From assembly GCA_032718475.1 (NCBI GenBank), contig JAUCBJ010007309.1, positions 34,010 through 98,009 on the forward strand: a stretch of DNA of 64,000 bases, written 5' to 3'. The stretch comes from Nemertoderma westbladi. Lineage: Eukaryota; Animalia; Xenacoelomorpha. The notes below the pieces were generated by a model that ran no database searches, was not told the origin of the DNA, and saw only the letters and a list, made by a program, of their open reading frames with translations. Positions 26,449-39,392 of this stretch are shown here, in pieces. Position 1 is the first letter of the stretch. Each line of letters begins with the position of its first letter. The position numbers and the translations under genes were made by a program.

Positions 26449-27688
26449 TTGTCTCCAATTTTGGAACATTGAAGTGAACAGGGAAATTTTTGAAACTATT
26501 TATTATATTTCAATATTGGATAATAATTTCCTTTGTGCTCTGATGGATAGCCCATAAAATTTTAGGAAAAGTCACAGAATCTCGGTTTTCACAACATATC
26601 TGTTTCAAAGATACAGATTAATTTCAAAAAAATTTAAATGACCCTCACCCACCCCCCCCCCCCCCCCCCCAGGCCAAATAGCGTTTAACAAGGCTGCGGT
26701 TGGTCTATATTATTACAGTTCAAATGGAATTTTGTTTCATTTTTGTATATACCGTACAATTTTACTTAAAGTTTGTGCAATGCAGTTCATTTTTTTAATG
26801 GTTGTTGTTGTTATTGTGAACAATAACACTAGTTTTAGGTGGTTAAGTTGTGCTGTACTGGCTACTACTACCTTGTGCTTAATAATATTCATGTTTTACA
26901 CATAAATTATCTTCTTAATTCGAACAATTGCATACCATGGGAACAATCCGGTGGTCGAATCAATGGATGACCAAATTAGTTTAGAGAATAACGATTTACA
27001 ACGTTTAAAACAAACGTTTTCTTTGCATTAAAAAAACGTATATTTCCAAGCAATTTCGAAAGAACCGACGCATGATTCACGTTAGTTACACATGCTAGAC
27101 ACACGTTTAATTCAAACGTCATAAAGAACCGGCGATTGAGTAACGTTTGTTTCATGCTATTTACACGTTTACTTCTAAACGTTTATTACATGCCACCCGC
27201 TTGGACAAAATAACATGAAAATAATCTATTTCTGGACGTGTTGCAAACGTTTTTTCAAACGTTTGCCATGTTCAATAAAAATGTGATATAAACGTTAAAA
27301 TAACATGAAATTGTTATCAGGGGTAGTAGTACCAGTACTCGTATATGTGAGTCCATGCTGGGCTCTAACTGTAGAGGACACCAAATCTCTGGATGGCACT
27401 TTCACAAGGATGCTGCGCCGGGTTCATTGTGTTAAGTACAATCTGACAATGAACACATCTCCAATCAGACTATATACTGCTATACAACATTGGAGGTGTT
27501 AGTCTCCTCTAGCTCGACACTTGAACGGAACCGCCTCCACTTTGCTGGACATTGCTTTCGCCGTGAGGACCAGCCAGTGCAAATCTTGTGCTTTGGCGGC
27601 CTCATGGAGTGAATAAGCATGGTGGATAGCCCATGACTTTCTTGAGACGCATCTTGAAGGACACCGGCCTTGAAGATGCGGCGATGAT

Positions 27689-28887
27689 TAGGGCTGGCAA
27701 TCCCGGGATTCCGGGATCCCGGAATAAAATGCAATCCCGAAATCCCGGGATTCAAGAACAAAAATCCCGGGATTTTCGGGATTTTGGTTAAAGCATTTCC
27801 ACAGGTTGACAGTAACAATTTAATACAGTATATCGTGACAATAATGTCATTATTAATGTCCATGTAGGTAGGGCTAGGCCTAAACCAGTAACACTGTTAA
27901 AATAGGGCCAAACTGAAACTATACCGGATGTGATGGACTGTGCATGCATACCGGTACCGGCCAGTACTGGCTGAGTGGTAGTAGGACGCACCTGTCTATG
28001 CAATGACATAGGCTTCTGATACTGATACTTACAGTAGTTTAGTTGTACCGGTCCTTTACCAGTAATTTGAGTTGGCCTCTATAAATAATAACAATGGCAG
28101 ATGGACAGTTTACACATTTCAAATCTGAAGGAGTATGGCAGAACTTCCTTAGACACGGGGATGTAGCTAAGTGTATATTTCAAGTATGTGATTCACCGTG
28201 CAACAAGTTAATAAAGTGTGGTGGCGGATCTACAAAAGGTCTACACACGCACCTAAAATCCGTGCATAATACCAACCTTCTTAAAAAGAAGATTACCGCC
28301 AATTCCAATGAAAACGACACCGCTGATATTACTGAAGCTCAGGTTAAATCTACTAATAAAGCAAGGCCTATTCAAAAAACTTTAACAATCGACAACTACT
28401 TTGGGTCCAAGGAATATTCACTCAATGCAGTACTAGCTAGATTAATAGCAGTGGATGGCCTTCCATTTTCTGTGTTCGAGACATCGTGTGATTTACGTCG
28501 TCTTTTTCAAAGGTCTGGATACACCTTGCCAATTTCACATAATTCAGTCAGTTCGCATATTAAGAAATTCGCTGAAGAATGCCGAACAATTGTTAACGAT
28601 TAACTACTGTTTATTAACTGTTTGTTAACTACAGTATAATAGTTAACTATAGGTTAACTACTGTATATTAGTTAACTATAGGTTAACTACTTTAACAGTA
28701 TCAGTAATAGATACCTAATATTAATATTAAAAAAAGGAAATTAATTGCTATTAATTGACACAAGTATTTTTTCACCTACATTATTCCTGAAATTCTAAAT
28801 CCCGGGATTAATCCCGGGATCCCGGGATTGGACCATTTCTGTCCCGGATCCCGGGATTTCAATAACCCTCCGGGATTGCCAGCCCTA
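27689..28887 (+). mobile_element. Internally deleted hAT transposon
   Basis: TIR TAGGGCTGGCAATCCCGG, 8-bp TSD GCGATGAT (27681-88 and 28888-95), subterminal ATCCCGGGAT repeats. Confidence 0.92.
28094..28603 (+). pseudogene. Truncated hAT transposase N-terminus (BED zinc finger)
   Basis: VWQNF...AKCIFQVC...STKGLHTHLKSVH, then LIAVDGLPFSVFE. Ends before the DDE domain. Confidence 0.8.
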
Positions 28888-29181
28888 GCGATGATCTAGC
28901 CAATGTCATGGGTGAATATAATACAACGCCAATGCAGCATGCCGATCGTATTATACAGTAGCAAGTAGTAGTATGTTTACTACTATGCCACCTCTTTATA
29001 CCGAGTAATATTATATTATCGCAAAATACCAGCCACATATTATACCTTGCCTGAAAGTGGCAAAAACAATTACTACTTTTTTTATTTGTATTCTAATCAA
29101 CATGTTTTTTCTTGAGTTTCAACCTCCCCCCCCCCCCCCCTCGCCACCTCCCATTCTCCCCCTTCTCAATTGTCTCTTTTA

Positions 29182-30403
29182 CGCAATAATTTTTATTGTC
29201 CGTTTAAATCCTTTTTTTGTCCCTTTTTTTTATTTTTTATGTCCTCCAAAAATCTAATGTTAGGTTCCATGCTACCGGTTTCTCTACTGCTGTTCTCTCA
29301 GGCTATCAGTACCGGTATATTAGTATATATAGCACTATTTTGCTGTATTGTATGTACAGATGTAGGTACAGTATAAAGCAGGCATTTCTGTATTTTAGTA
29401 CCGGCACCGGTACTGCTGTAGGCCTACTGTGTAGCCTACCATTTAAATACGGTACTGGTAGGCCTACCGGCTGACCGGTTGTTTTGGTTAGAAAATCCCG
29501 CCTCATCTGTAACCTGCTCCTTTGCCTGATTTGGTAAAGTGACCGTTTATTGTTTTGGTTAGAAAGGCCCGCCTCTGTAACCTGCACCTTTCATTCATTT
29601 TTTAAAGTGACTGTTTATTGTTTTGGTTAGGAAATCCCGCTTCTGTAACCTGCTCCTTTCTCTCAATTGGTAATGTTATCGTTTATTGTTTTGGTTAGAA
29701 AATCCCGTCTCTGTAACCTGCTCCTTTCCTTGATTTGGAAAAGTGACTTTTTATTGTTTTGGTTAGAAAATCCCGCATCTGTAACCTGCTCCTTTCTCTC
29801 AATTGGCAATTTTATCGTTTATTGTTTTGGTTAGAAAATCCCGTCTATGTAACCTGCTCCTTTCCCTCAATTAGTTAAATGATCGTTTATTGTTTTGGTT
29901 AGAAAATCCCGCCTCTGTAACCTGCTCCTTTCCCTGATTTCGTAAAGTGACTGTTTATTGTTTTGGTTAGAAAATCCGGCCTTAACCTGCTCCTTTCCAT
30001 CAATTGGTAATTGTTTTTGGCTATAAAATGAGTGTTTTGCTACGTCATGTGGTAATCGATTTATCGACAACAACCACAAACTATTAAAGTCTTTTACCAC
30101 AGGCGCATATGGAATTCTATCTCATAGTCTATAAATCATGGAATGTTTTGGCACAGGCATAGTGAAACCAACTGTCCGACAGACCAGAATTCAACAAATT
30201 TTGAATGTTTTGGCATAGGCAAGTTGAAATCAACTGTCTGACAGTCCAGAAATCAGCAGTCTGACAGTTTGAAGAAATACATACATAAAAAGTCATTAAA
30301 AGGACATTACAAGTCACTAAAAGGACAACAAAAGTCATTATGCACAATTCGTAAAAAAGGAGGACAAAAAAAGTCAAATAAAAGGACATAAAAAATCACT
30401 GCC
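29182..30403 (-). mobile_element. Complete MULE-like MITE (same family as 4988-8670)
   Basis: 9-bp TSD TCTCTTTTA (29173-81 and 30404-12); imperfect TIR C/GGCARTRATTTTT..TGTCC. About 8 copies of the ~68-bp unit but only about 2 copies of the 62-bp unit. Confidence 0.8.
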
Positions 30404-31127
30404 TCTCTTTTATATCCTTTGCGAAGGGTGAGTGATTTTTTACTGTTGAAGTTTTAATGTTTGAATTTTTACTAGTCAGCTAGTATGAGTAGTATTTTCA
30501 TTGTTGATGAAAAATTTGCACCCCATGTCTCGCAAACGCACAATACGATGACAAAAAACGGATGACTCAGATGAGTTATGTACTACTGTAGTTAACTTTG
30601 TTATTGTTGCTGTTATACATTTCTTTCATTTTATGCCAATATAATATCAGCCACTAGCCTTCTGGTAAAACAATGATTAACGTAAACTTGAATTCACAAC
30701 CAGCCAACCGCATTACAGCATTAGGGGAACCGAAGACCGACAGACCGGTACATTTCATACAGTTATATTCTACATAATTCCTGAATTCAGTAATTAATAC
30801 ATTAATAGGTACCGCAGTACTGTAATCCAGTAATCAGGTAATTCAGTAATTGCAGTACAACAGTACAGCAACAGCAGTACAGCAGTAGTACCGGTACTGC
30901 GGTACCTGTACCTCAGCTGCTCTGTGGACTGATTATCTCGGGACTGCGTACTGGTACTGGTAGGCCTACCTACTATTGTACTACGGTCAGACAGTACAGT
31001 ACACTGGTACAGTACAACCTACGGTACCTCTGTCGCTCTGTCTCTAGTCTCTGTACGGTACTGGTACTGCTGTACCTCCAGACCTCAGCACCTACTGGCC
31101 ACACAATCTGACAATACAGCAATAACA

Positions 31128-32513
31128 ATGGGAGCGGCGTTGGGTTTACTTCCCGCTGTTGGGGGTGCGGGTTGCGCCGGCAGTCTCGCCTGCTGCTTCG
31201 GCACCGCAGCCTGCTCTCTCTGCTGCAAGTGTTGCCCTTCCTGCAAGAACTCAACGTCCTCACGAATCGCATACGCCTGTCTCATGTTCCTCGGCACGGC
31301 GGTCGCCTGCATCATGCTAATCCCGGGTCTCACCGACACTCTACGGAAGATCCCCGCGTTCTGTACCTACGCGACCTCGGATGACTGCTCTTCCGTGGTC
31401 GGTTACCTCTCCGTATACCGCGTCTGTTTCGCCATGGCCATCTTCTTCTTCGTCATGATGGTCATCACGATCAAAGTAAAATCGAGCAAGGATCCCCGCG
31501 CCGGTTTCCACAACGGATTCTGGTTCTTCAAGATTCTCATTCTTATCGGGTTGGTGATCGGCGGTTTCTACATCCCACAGGGCGGCTTCGAGTCGGCATG
31601 GATGTACATCGGTTTAGCGGGAGGCTTTCTATTCATCCTCATCCAATTGGTACTAATCGTAGATTTTGCGCATTCCTGGAACGAATCCTGGGTTGAGCGA
31701 TACGAGGAGAACGAATCGAAGTTATGGTACTTTCTGCTTCTCGGAACAACGGCTCTCTGCTACGCTCTTAGTCTCACCGTTATCGTCCTCTGCTACGTGT
31801 ATTACGCCGCTGGCGATTGCACCACCCATAAGACCTTCATCTCTGTCAACATGATTGTCTGCCTCGGTCTCTCCATCGCTTCGGTTCTCCCCGCCGTTCA
31901 GAACGTCAACAACCGAAGCGGCCTCCTCCAATCCTCTATCATCACTCTCTACGTTATGTACCTGACTTGGTCGGCGATGTCGTCCAGCCCAGACGCGGAA
32001 TGCAACCCGGGCATCACGACTATGCTGGAACGCCTCGTGGTCGGAGGGGCTACGACCCCCGGGACCGGCACTGAGACCCCCACCTCGATGGACTCGGCTT
32101 CCATCGTCGGCTTCGTCGTTTGGTTCGTCTGCGTTCTGTACGCGAGCGTTCGTTCCACCGTCACTTCGTCGCATCAGAAGCTGACGGGGGTGCAGGAGGT
32201 AACTGTGGTCGCAGAAGAATCCCCGTCGCACAAAGATAAGAAAGAGGATGAAGAGGAGAAGCGTAAGGTTTGGGACAACGAGACAGATGCCGTCGCCTAC
32301 AACTACTCCTTCTTTCATTTCATCTTTATGCTCGCTTCGTTCTACGTTATGATGACGCTTACCAACTGGTACAAACCGGTGGGTAGCGACTTCAGTAAGA
32401 TGAACCGGAACACGGCTGCCGTCTGGGTTAAGATCGCCTCCAGTTGGTTCTGTATGGCTATATACGGATGGACCATCGTGGCTCCTAAGATACTGAGTAA
32501 CCGGGAGTTCTAG
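31128..32513 (+). CDS. SERINC: Serine incorporator (SERINC/TDE family), intronless
   Basis: 461 aa. Cys-rich N-terminus MGAALG..CCFGTAACSLCC; VGYLSVYRVCF; GFWFFK; LIVDFAHSWNE; SGLLQSS; YNYSFFH..YVMMTLTNWY; VWVKIASSW; C-terminal NREF. Confidence 0.96.
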   Translation: MGAALGLLPAVGGAGCAGSLACCFGTAACSLCCKCCPSCKNSTSSRIAYACLMFLGTAVACIMLIPGLTDTLRKIPAFCTYATSDDCSSVVGYLSVYRVCFAMAIFFFVMMVITIKVKSSKDPRAGFHNGFWFFKILILIGLVIGGFYIPQGGFESAWMYIGLAGGFLFILIQLVLIVDFAHSWNESWVERYEENESKLWYFLLLGTTALCYALSLTVIVLCYVYYAAGDCTTHKTFISVNMIVCLGLSIASVLPAVQNVNNRSGLLQSSIITLYVMYLTWSAMSSSPDAECNPGITTMLERLVVGGATTPGTGTETPTSMDSASIVGFVVWFVCVLYASVRSTVTSSHQKLTGVQEVTVVAEESPSHKDKKEDEEEKRKVWDNETDAVAYNYSFFHFIFMLASFYVMMTLTNWYKPVGSDFSKMNRNTAAVWVKIASSWFCMAIYGWTIVAPKILSNREF

Positions 32514-33074
32514 AATCTTTCGGACTGTGGGAGGACCAACTCTGTGCTGTTAAAATGTAATTTATTGATTTTATTTTCTCCTTTCCTTTATATATTTAGC
32601 CGCTTCATTCAGCTTTTATGTATAATTGTATAATATGTGCAGCTAATGTAGTTGAGTAGCTGTAGGAAGAACTTTCAGTTCGCTATATTCTACTTTTATT
32701 TATTTGTTTATATATAATGTAAATCGAATATGTATGTAGGTAGTGTAGTATGTAGTTAAGTGATATGTATGAGAAAGAGTCGACAATTACTATTCGTATG
32801 TATCGCGTTTGTAACTGATATTATTATTCGTATATCTCCCATCTTGATATCTTAAATGTCAGCGCATAGTACACCAGTAACCATAATTTATGTGGATGTT
32901 GGTATCACTTGTGTAGTTGTTGATACCTTTATTTTCACCGCCTAATTATCAATGTTATCTATAAACTGAGTTATTCTGCACTTCTTATTGTTCACTGTTC
33001 AGTTCACTGTTCTAGTGCAATCTAGATGTATATTATACGTGATACTGTGGCCGATATTCGATTCCATACAAACT

Positions 33075-34557
33075 CCTGCAAGGTGTTCGTTCCTGCAAGG
33101 TGTTCGTTCCTGCAAGGTGTTCGTTCCTGCAAGGTGTTCGTTCCTGTAAGGTGTTCGTTCCTGCAAGGTGTTCGTTCCTGCAAGGTGTTCGTTCCTGCGA
33201 GGTGTTCGTTCCTGCAAGGTGTTCGTTCCTGCGAGGTGTTCGTTCCTGCAAGGTGTTCGTTCCTGCAAGGTGTTCCTGCAAGGTGTTCGTTCCTGCAAGG
33301 TGTTCGTTCCTGCAAGGTGTTCGTTCCTGCAAGGTGTTCGTTCCTGCGAGGTGTTCGTTCCTGCAAGGTGTTCGTTCCTGCGAGGTGTTCGTTCCTGCAA
33401 GGTGTTCGATCCTGCAAGGTGTTCGTTCCTGCAAGGTGTTCGTTCCTGCGAGGTGTTCGTTCCTGCAAGGTGTTCGTTCCTGCAAGGTGTTCGTTCCTGC
33501 GAGGTGTTCGTTCCTGCAAGGTGTTCGTTCCTGCAAGGTGTTCGTTCCTGCAAGGTGTTCGTTCCTGTAAGGTGTTCGTTCCTGCAAGGTGTTCGTTCCT
33601 GCAAGGTGTTCGTTCCTGCAAGGTGTTCGTTCCTGCAAGGTGTTCCTGCAAGGTGTTCGTTCCTGCAAGGTGTTCGTTCCTGCAAGGTGTTCGTTCCTGC
33701 AAGGTGTTCGTTCCTGCAAGGTGTTCGTTCCTGTAAGGTGTTCGTTCCTGCAAGGTGTTCGTTCCTGCAAGGTGTTCGTTCCTGCAAGGTGTTCGTTCCT
33801 GTAAGGTGTTCGTTCCTGCAAGGTGTTCGTTCCTGCAAGGTGTTCGTTCCTGCAAGGTGTTCGTTCCTGCAAGGTGTTCGTTCCTGCAAGGTGTTCGTTC
33901 CTGCAAGGTGTTCGTTCCTGCAAGGTGTTCGTTCCTGCAAGGTGTTCGTTCCTGCGAGGTGTTCGTTCCTGTAAGGTGTTCGTTCCTGCAAGGTGTTCGT
34001 TCCTGCAAGGTGTTCGTTCCTGCAAGGTGTTCGTTCCTGCAAGGTGTTCGTTCCTGCAAGGTGTTCGTTCCTGCAAGGTGTTCGTTCCTGCAAGGTGTTC
34101 GTTCCTGCAAGGTGTTCGTTCCTGCAAGGTGTTCGTTCCTGCGAGGTGTTCGTTCCTGCAAGGTGTTCGTTCCTGCAAGGTGTTCGTTCCTGTAAGGTGT
34201 TCGTTCCTGCAAGGTGTTCGTTCCTGCAAGGTGTTCGTTCCTGCAAGGTGTTCGTTCCTGCAAGGTGTTCCTGCAAGGTGTTCGTTCCTGCAAGGTGTTC
34301 GTTCCTGCAAGGTGTTCGTTCCTGCAAGGTGTTCGTTCCTGCAAGGTGTTCGTTCCTGCAAGGTGTTCGTTCCTGCGAGGTGTTCGTTCCTGCAAGGTGT
34401 TCGTTCCTGCAAGGTGTTCCTGCAAGGTGTTCCTGCAAGGTGTTCCTGCAAGGTGTTCGTTCCTGCAAGTTGTTCGTTCCTGCAAGGTGTTCGTTCCTGC
34501 GAGGTGTTCGTTCCTGCAAGGTGTTCGTTCCTGCAAGGTGTTCCTGCAAGGTGTTCC
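33075..34557. repeat. 17-bp minisatellite (~88 units, some 13-bp)
   Basis: Unit CCTGCAAGGTGTTCGTT. Confidence 0.97.
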
Positions 34558-35098
34558 TTTATTACATTGTATTTATAAACTAAATAAATTACTATTTTCC
34601 TGCTTTATTAGATTGTAATCAAATTACTTTTCAATTACTTTTAGTAGATAAATAATAATATTGTGTCCGTCGGGCCAAACAACATCAAACGGAGAGTGAA
34701 GCGGATCACGATGTCTAGATTAGCCTTTGTGTAGTGGTACTTTTAGCGGATCTGTTGTTTTTATAATTTCAGATTAAGTTAGTCTAGGTTGAATTACAAT
34801 TCGCCCCCCTAGCGATCGACAGAGGAACTATACAAGTCTATGTATGTGTATGATTTCTAAACTTTTCATAGACTACATCGAGTACTAAGTTTGGTGCCAT
34901 TTCATCAAAGATTTACCGACTTTTTAAAGTTGAAACATTTCCAACGATAATACCGCCACGCTAAGACTCACATAGACTTCGTGGCTCGCCCCACACATTA
35001 CAATTATATAAATTAAAAAGACGAAGCTAAATCTACAGAGTTCTACGTAACAATCAGAACGCTTTTAGCAGTTTTTGAATAAACTTTTATCTTATATA

Positions 35099-36001
35099 CA
35101 CCATAACCCGTAATATAGTGTCATTTTCTGATGACACGGACCCCCCCCCCCCCCCCCCGCCAGATTTTTCTACAAATCTTTATCATATTGCTTGAAATTT
35201 GAAACACAACTAGTTCAACTCACCGTCGTTGACCCCATGAAGCCGGAATTTTCGATTTCGCCTTTAAATTTTTTTTATAAGCGTTTTAAAAAAGTGTCTT
35301 TTGCGAAATCGCACCCTCCGTATCGTGGCCATTCTTCACATTAGTCGTAATTATTTCATATCATTAGAAAGCTTGCGTTGCAAGGATTCCAAATATGTAA
35401 CAATATCTGAATGTCGTTGAGAAACAGCTGAGAAATAGGCGTTCAAAGATTGCAAGAATTATCGTTCGCTAGATGCCATTTACTCTATTTAATAAATACA
35501 CAATGTTCTGGAACATTTGTTTAAGTATGAATAGCTACGCAATAGAGATATTGGATAGGAATACCGCTGTTGCCAACCAACTCATAAAATAAATAACTCG
35601 TTCTAGAATTTTGTGTATTTATTAAATAGAATAAATGGCCTGCAGCGAACAATAATTCTTGCAATCTTTGAACGCCTATTTCTCAGCTGTTTCTCAATGA
35701 AATTCAGATATCGCTACATATCGCAAGCTTTCTATTGATATGAAAAAATCACGACTAAAGTGAAGAATGGCCACGATACGGAGGGTGTGATTTCGCAAAA
35801 GACACTTTTTTAAAACGCTTTTAAAAAAAATTTAAAAGCAAAATCGAAAATTCCGGCTTCATGGGGTCAACGACGGTGAGTTGAACTAGTTGTGTTTCAA
35901 ATTTCATGCAATATGATAAAGATTTGTAGAAAAATCTGGGGGGGGGGGGGGGGGTTCGTGTCATCAGAAAATGACACTACAGTATATTACGGTTCATGGT
36001 G
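35099..36001. mobile_element. Fold-back MITE (near-complete palindrome, ~440-bp arms, TA TSD)
   Basis: TA|CACCAT...ATGGTG|TA with arms that are reverse complements. Diverged relatives at ~1650-1860 and ~54700-54850. Confidence 0.88.
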
Positions 36002-37920
36002 TAGTTTGTTTTGTTCTGGCTCTACGGTCACTTAGAATATTTTCCATGATGTAATTCTGCGCTTTCGCTTTCAAATTTTCATACAATTTATTTGAACACC
36101 ACAAATAATTATTAGTTTGCTTTAATGTTACGGGGTAAACAACGTATATCTCGATAATAATTTCAACAATACCAATCTCAGCAATACCACGATACCAATA
36201 CCACACTATGTCGTGTTTTATTCCTTTTTTTTTAGAAAATGTAAACAATCAATTACTAAAATGGGTAATTAATTAATTTAATAATGAAATAGGTATTATT
36301 CGAAAATATAAATATTATGTAATTCCCCTGTATAACCTGAGATGTATATAATGTAAGACTTTATACGGCGGGAGAATGTTTATACAGTAGCATTTAGTCA
36401 AGTAGGCCCAGTACCGGTACAGATGGCCCACCACTTACTTTCATTTCAACGACTATCTGTATGCTATACAGGTGCAACGGTAGGCCTACATGCCGTAGCT
36501 ATTCATGGGTGTCAGTACCGGTACGTCGCAACACTATGTTGATATTCAGAAATAGGCGGTACCGATACCAATATCGTACCTCGCTAACAATTAACTGAAG
36601 CCGCTAAAATCAACTTAGGGTATCGAAATGTAATGTTTAACTTTAATTTTTAAGAATAAAATCCTTTTTTAAATGAATATTGTAAAATTTTCAATTAATA
36701 TAAAGATTTTAAAACTGCTGAGATTGCTACTGTTGCTTATTATTTCCGAATAATTAGCTTATTTGGATGAATTTAATTTACGCGAAATATAATGTAACGT
36801 AATTTTGTGTTATGTCGCAGCCACAGTTGTATTATTTAATTAACTATTAATTACAAACTAAATAACAAATTATACGGAATTTTAATTACTACAATGCTAT
36901 ACATATTAATTTTTCGTGTGAATCAGCTTGTCAGTCAAAATCGTATTGTAAATTGATAATTAACACGCTGTCGCAGCCAGCCCGACACACGTCAGCTCAC
37001 TGAATTCCGTGTGATGTTAAGACATTTCAAAGTTAAGTGGTCTACACAGTCTTTATGGTCTATCCTGCAACGGTTTGGCATGTAGCCCGCTTCGGCCCTA
37101 AAGATCGTGTTGGCGGACCCCTAAAGAACCGTTTCAAACTATGTGTTCACTTGAGGCCCTTGTTTTCGTACATTGGGGAGCGGGGGGGGGGGGGGGGGTT
37201 GGTGTGCCTGATCGACTAACACCGGCACTGCCTGGTCGATTTATCTAACTGAATGAATAAAATAAATGGCTTATTGTTTCGTATGGGGTTGGGTATGGCA
37301 TTATTCTCGAAACGTTTATTCTGACAACAAGTTCTTGGTTGATATAATTAAAAATTAAACATCAGTAACTTTTTTTTTATCATAAAATAAACCTGCAAAT
37401 ATAGATTAGCGGTTTGTTCTATTGAAGTGCTAAGTGGGTTTTATAAGTTTATCGTTTCTTTTAAATTTATCTTCTTATTTAATTTTGCTAGTAAATAATG
37501 CGTTAACGGCACAGGTTAATTAATGCTGAGATAATAATATTAGAGTAGCAGTTGTTTGTTTCTCTTACCATTTAATTTCTATAAAAGAGCCAATTGGACA
37601 ACAATTACATTTAGTTGACGCAAAAATATAATTTTAACTCACTAAAACAGAATAAAAAGGCAAAATAATAAGTTTAAAAAATAGGAACTTTACAAGCCAA
37701 TGTTGACGTACGGAATTAAAGTGAAGTCCTTAACGTGATATTTTCTACTAGTACTACGGAAAACTGTAAACGCAACTAAACTTGGCATTACAGAAGTTGT
37801 TCTCACAATTAATTCATCATATTTCAGATTGTTAATTATTATTTACTTGAAGTTTTTAAAGGAATCTTCTACGTAGAGTAATACAGTAGTGACAGTCAGT
37901 ATATTAAGTAAACCGATAGA

Positions 37921-38085
37921 ATGCATGTGTGTATATTATTCGTTGCCTTATTTGGTAGTTTTATAGGGGACGTGTTGGGACATGGGCGAATGATTAAACC
38001 CCCCCAGAGATCAACAATGTGGAGATACGGATTCGATGTTCCTCCCAACTACAACGATCATGAACTTTTCTGCGGTGGATATGCG
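37921..38085 (+). CDS. AA15-type LPMO, exon 1 of 4 (signal peptide + His1)
   Basis: 20-aa signal peptide then HGRMIKPPQRSTMWR...NYNDHELFCGG; GT donor at 38086. Confidence 0.9.
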
Positions 38086-38181
38086 GTAGGTCGTGCTGTT
38101 TTAACGTTATGGTGTTACGTAGTTTTCCTTATATTATCAACGCAATCATTCCGTTTTCATTCCTACTTTTGTCTAATATAG

Positions 38182-38313
38182 AATCAATGGGGAGAACACG
38201 ATGGCAAATGTGGCGTCTGCGGTGATAATTACGGTGATGCAAGACCAAGGGCTAACGAGGCAGGGGGGAGATACGGCACCGGTACCATTGCGGATACATA
38301 CAGTGCAGGACAG
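38182..38313 (+). CDS. AA15-type LPMO, exon 2
   Basis: AG|NQWGEHDGKCGVCGD...EAGGRYGTGTI...GQ|GT; phase 0/0. Confidence 0.9.
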
Positions 38314-38495
38314 GTGAGATAAGGGTAGGTGAGGGACCTCAAATCAAACATAATGCACAGGAAGGTGAGTTGCCAAAAAGCAAACACAAGGCACCAGCGG
38401 ACCTGTGAATGGCATGAAACATGATATAATAAGTGTGTAACAATGGACATGCCAATGCCAAGCAGCCATTACCATACGTTGTTTATGATGTTTAG

Positions 38496-38632
38496 GTGAT
38501 CGACGTTCAGATTCAACTAACTGCAGCCCATAAGGGTTTCTTCGTGTTTAAATTATGCCAACTTCCGGCCCCCAACACTCTGTCGGACCCCGACTGTTAC
38601 AAGCAGCTACAGATTGTTGGTCACGGTGATCG
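38496..38632 (+). CDS. AA15-type LPMO, exon 3 (second His of the brace)
   Basis: AG|VIDVQIQLTAAHKGFFVFKLC...GD|GT; ends in phase 2. Confidence 0.88.
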
Positions 38633-39088
38633 GTTAGTAGGACAAAGCATCCACAACCTCCACATTTAATACTCCAATGTAGGTTCTTTGTAAAGACCAG
38701 GGGATAGATAAGTTCAACTTACATAAGTCAGCCTCTATGTTAGTTGCATAAACACTTCTTTCAAATAACTTATGTAAGTTCAACTGATCTAAGTTTAATC
38801 AGTTACACTTAAAGTTTACTATAATTTTTACATTCATAAGTTATTGTGCTGGTCTAGTTACTCTGGGTGATTGGTTGGTTTTCTTCAGCTGTCACCAATG
38901 GCATTGTGCATTCTCAACCAACTCACTATCCTACAGTATGCTATATCCATCTTTCTGACTCTGCTGTATCGAAAATGAAAGAATTGTAACGATAGTGAAG
39001 GTAGTTATGTCGATTGTAGAGGTATAGTTGGTCAATAGCATACCGGTGTCACAGCATACTTGGCCCCCTGAAGATTATAATAATAAGC

Positions 39089-39392
39089 TTAGTCTTACTA
39101 CAGTACTAACAATAGCGCAATAGCAATAAATTACATTTTAATAGTCGGAAACGTTTCGATATATTAACTTTATATCATCATCGGTGGAGTGGAGTTACAA
39201 ATAAACAAATTAGTTAAATTGAAAACTGTAAACTAGATTAATACTAGCCTCTTTTGTATTAATCTAGGTTACATTTAACTCTAATTTGTATATTTGTAAC
39301 TCCACTGAGGATGTTATAAAGTTAATATATCGAAAAGTTTGTACTATTAAAATGTTTTTTTATTGCTTTTGCGCTATTGTTTGTACTAAGAC
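39089..39392. repeat. ~300-bp imperfect palindrome with a hammerhead-like core in each arm
   Basis: Plus arm CTGAGGA-T-GTTATA..TATATC-GAAA; minus arm CCGATGA-T-GATATA..TATATC-GAAACGTT. Confidence 0.6.

Larger units (their letters stand above)
22725..27322. mobile_element. Non-autonomous CMC/EnSpm-like DNA transposon
   Basis: Termini CCCTGCTAAC / GTTATCAGGG and 2-bp TSD GT. Several hundred bp of subterminal AACATGTT/AACGTT repeats at both ends. Interrupts the LINE cleanly. Confidence 0.7.
22375..28920 (+). mobile_element. RTE-clade LINE 3' remnant in three pieces (22375-22724, 27323-27688, 28888-~28920)
   Basis: Degenerate translation GLFVNSKKTKIM..VDDFCYFGSWI..AWAALNSLSRIWK | VVPVLVY..CWALT..LDGTFTRMLRRV..RLHFAGHCFR..DTGL | LANVM continues across the insertions. 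Confidence 0.75.

Noticed and set aside
32999-34618. ~500-aa repetitive ORFs
   Set aside because: Artefact of the stop-free 17-bp minisatellite.
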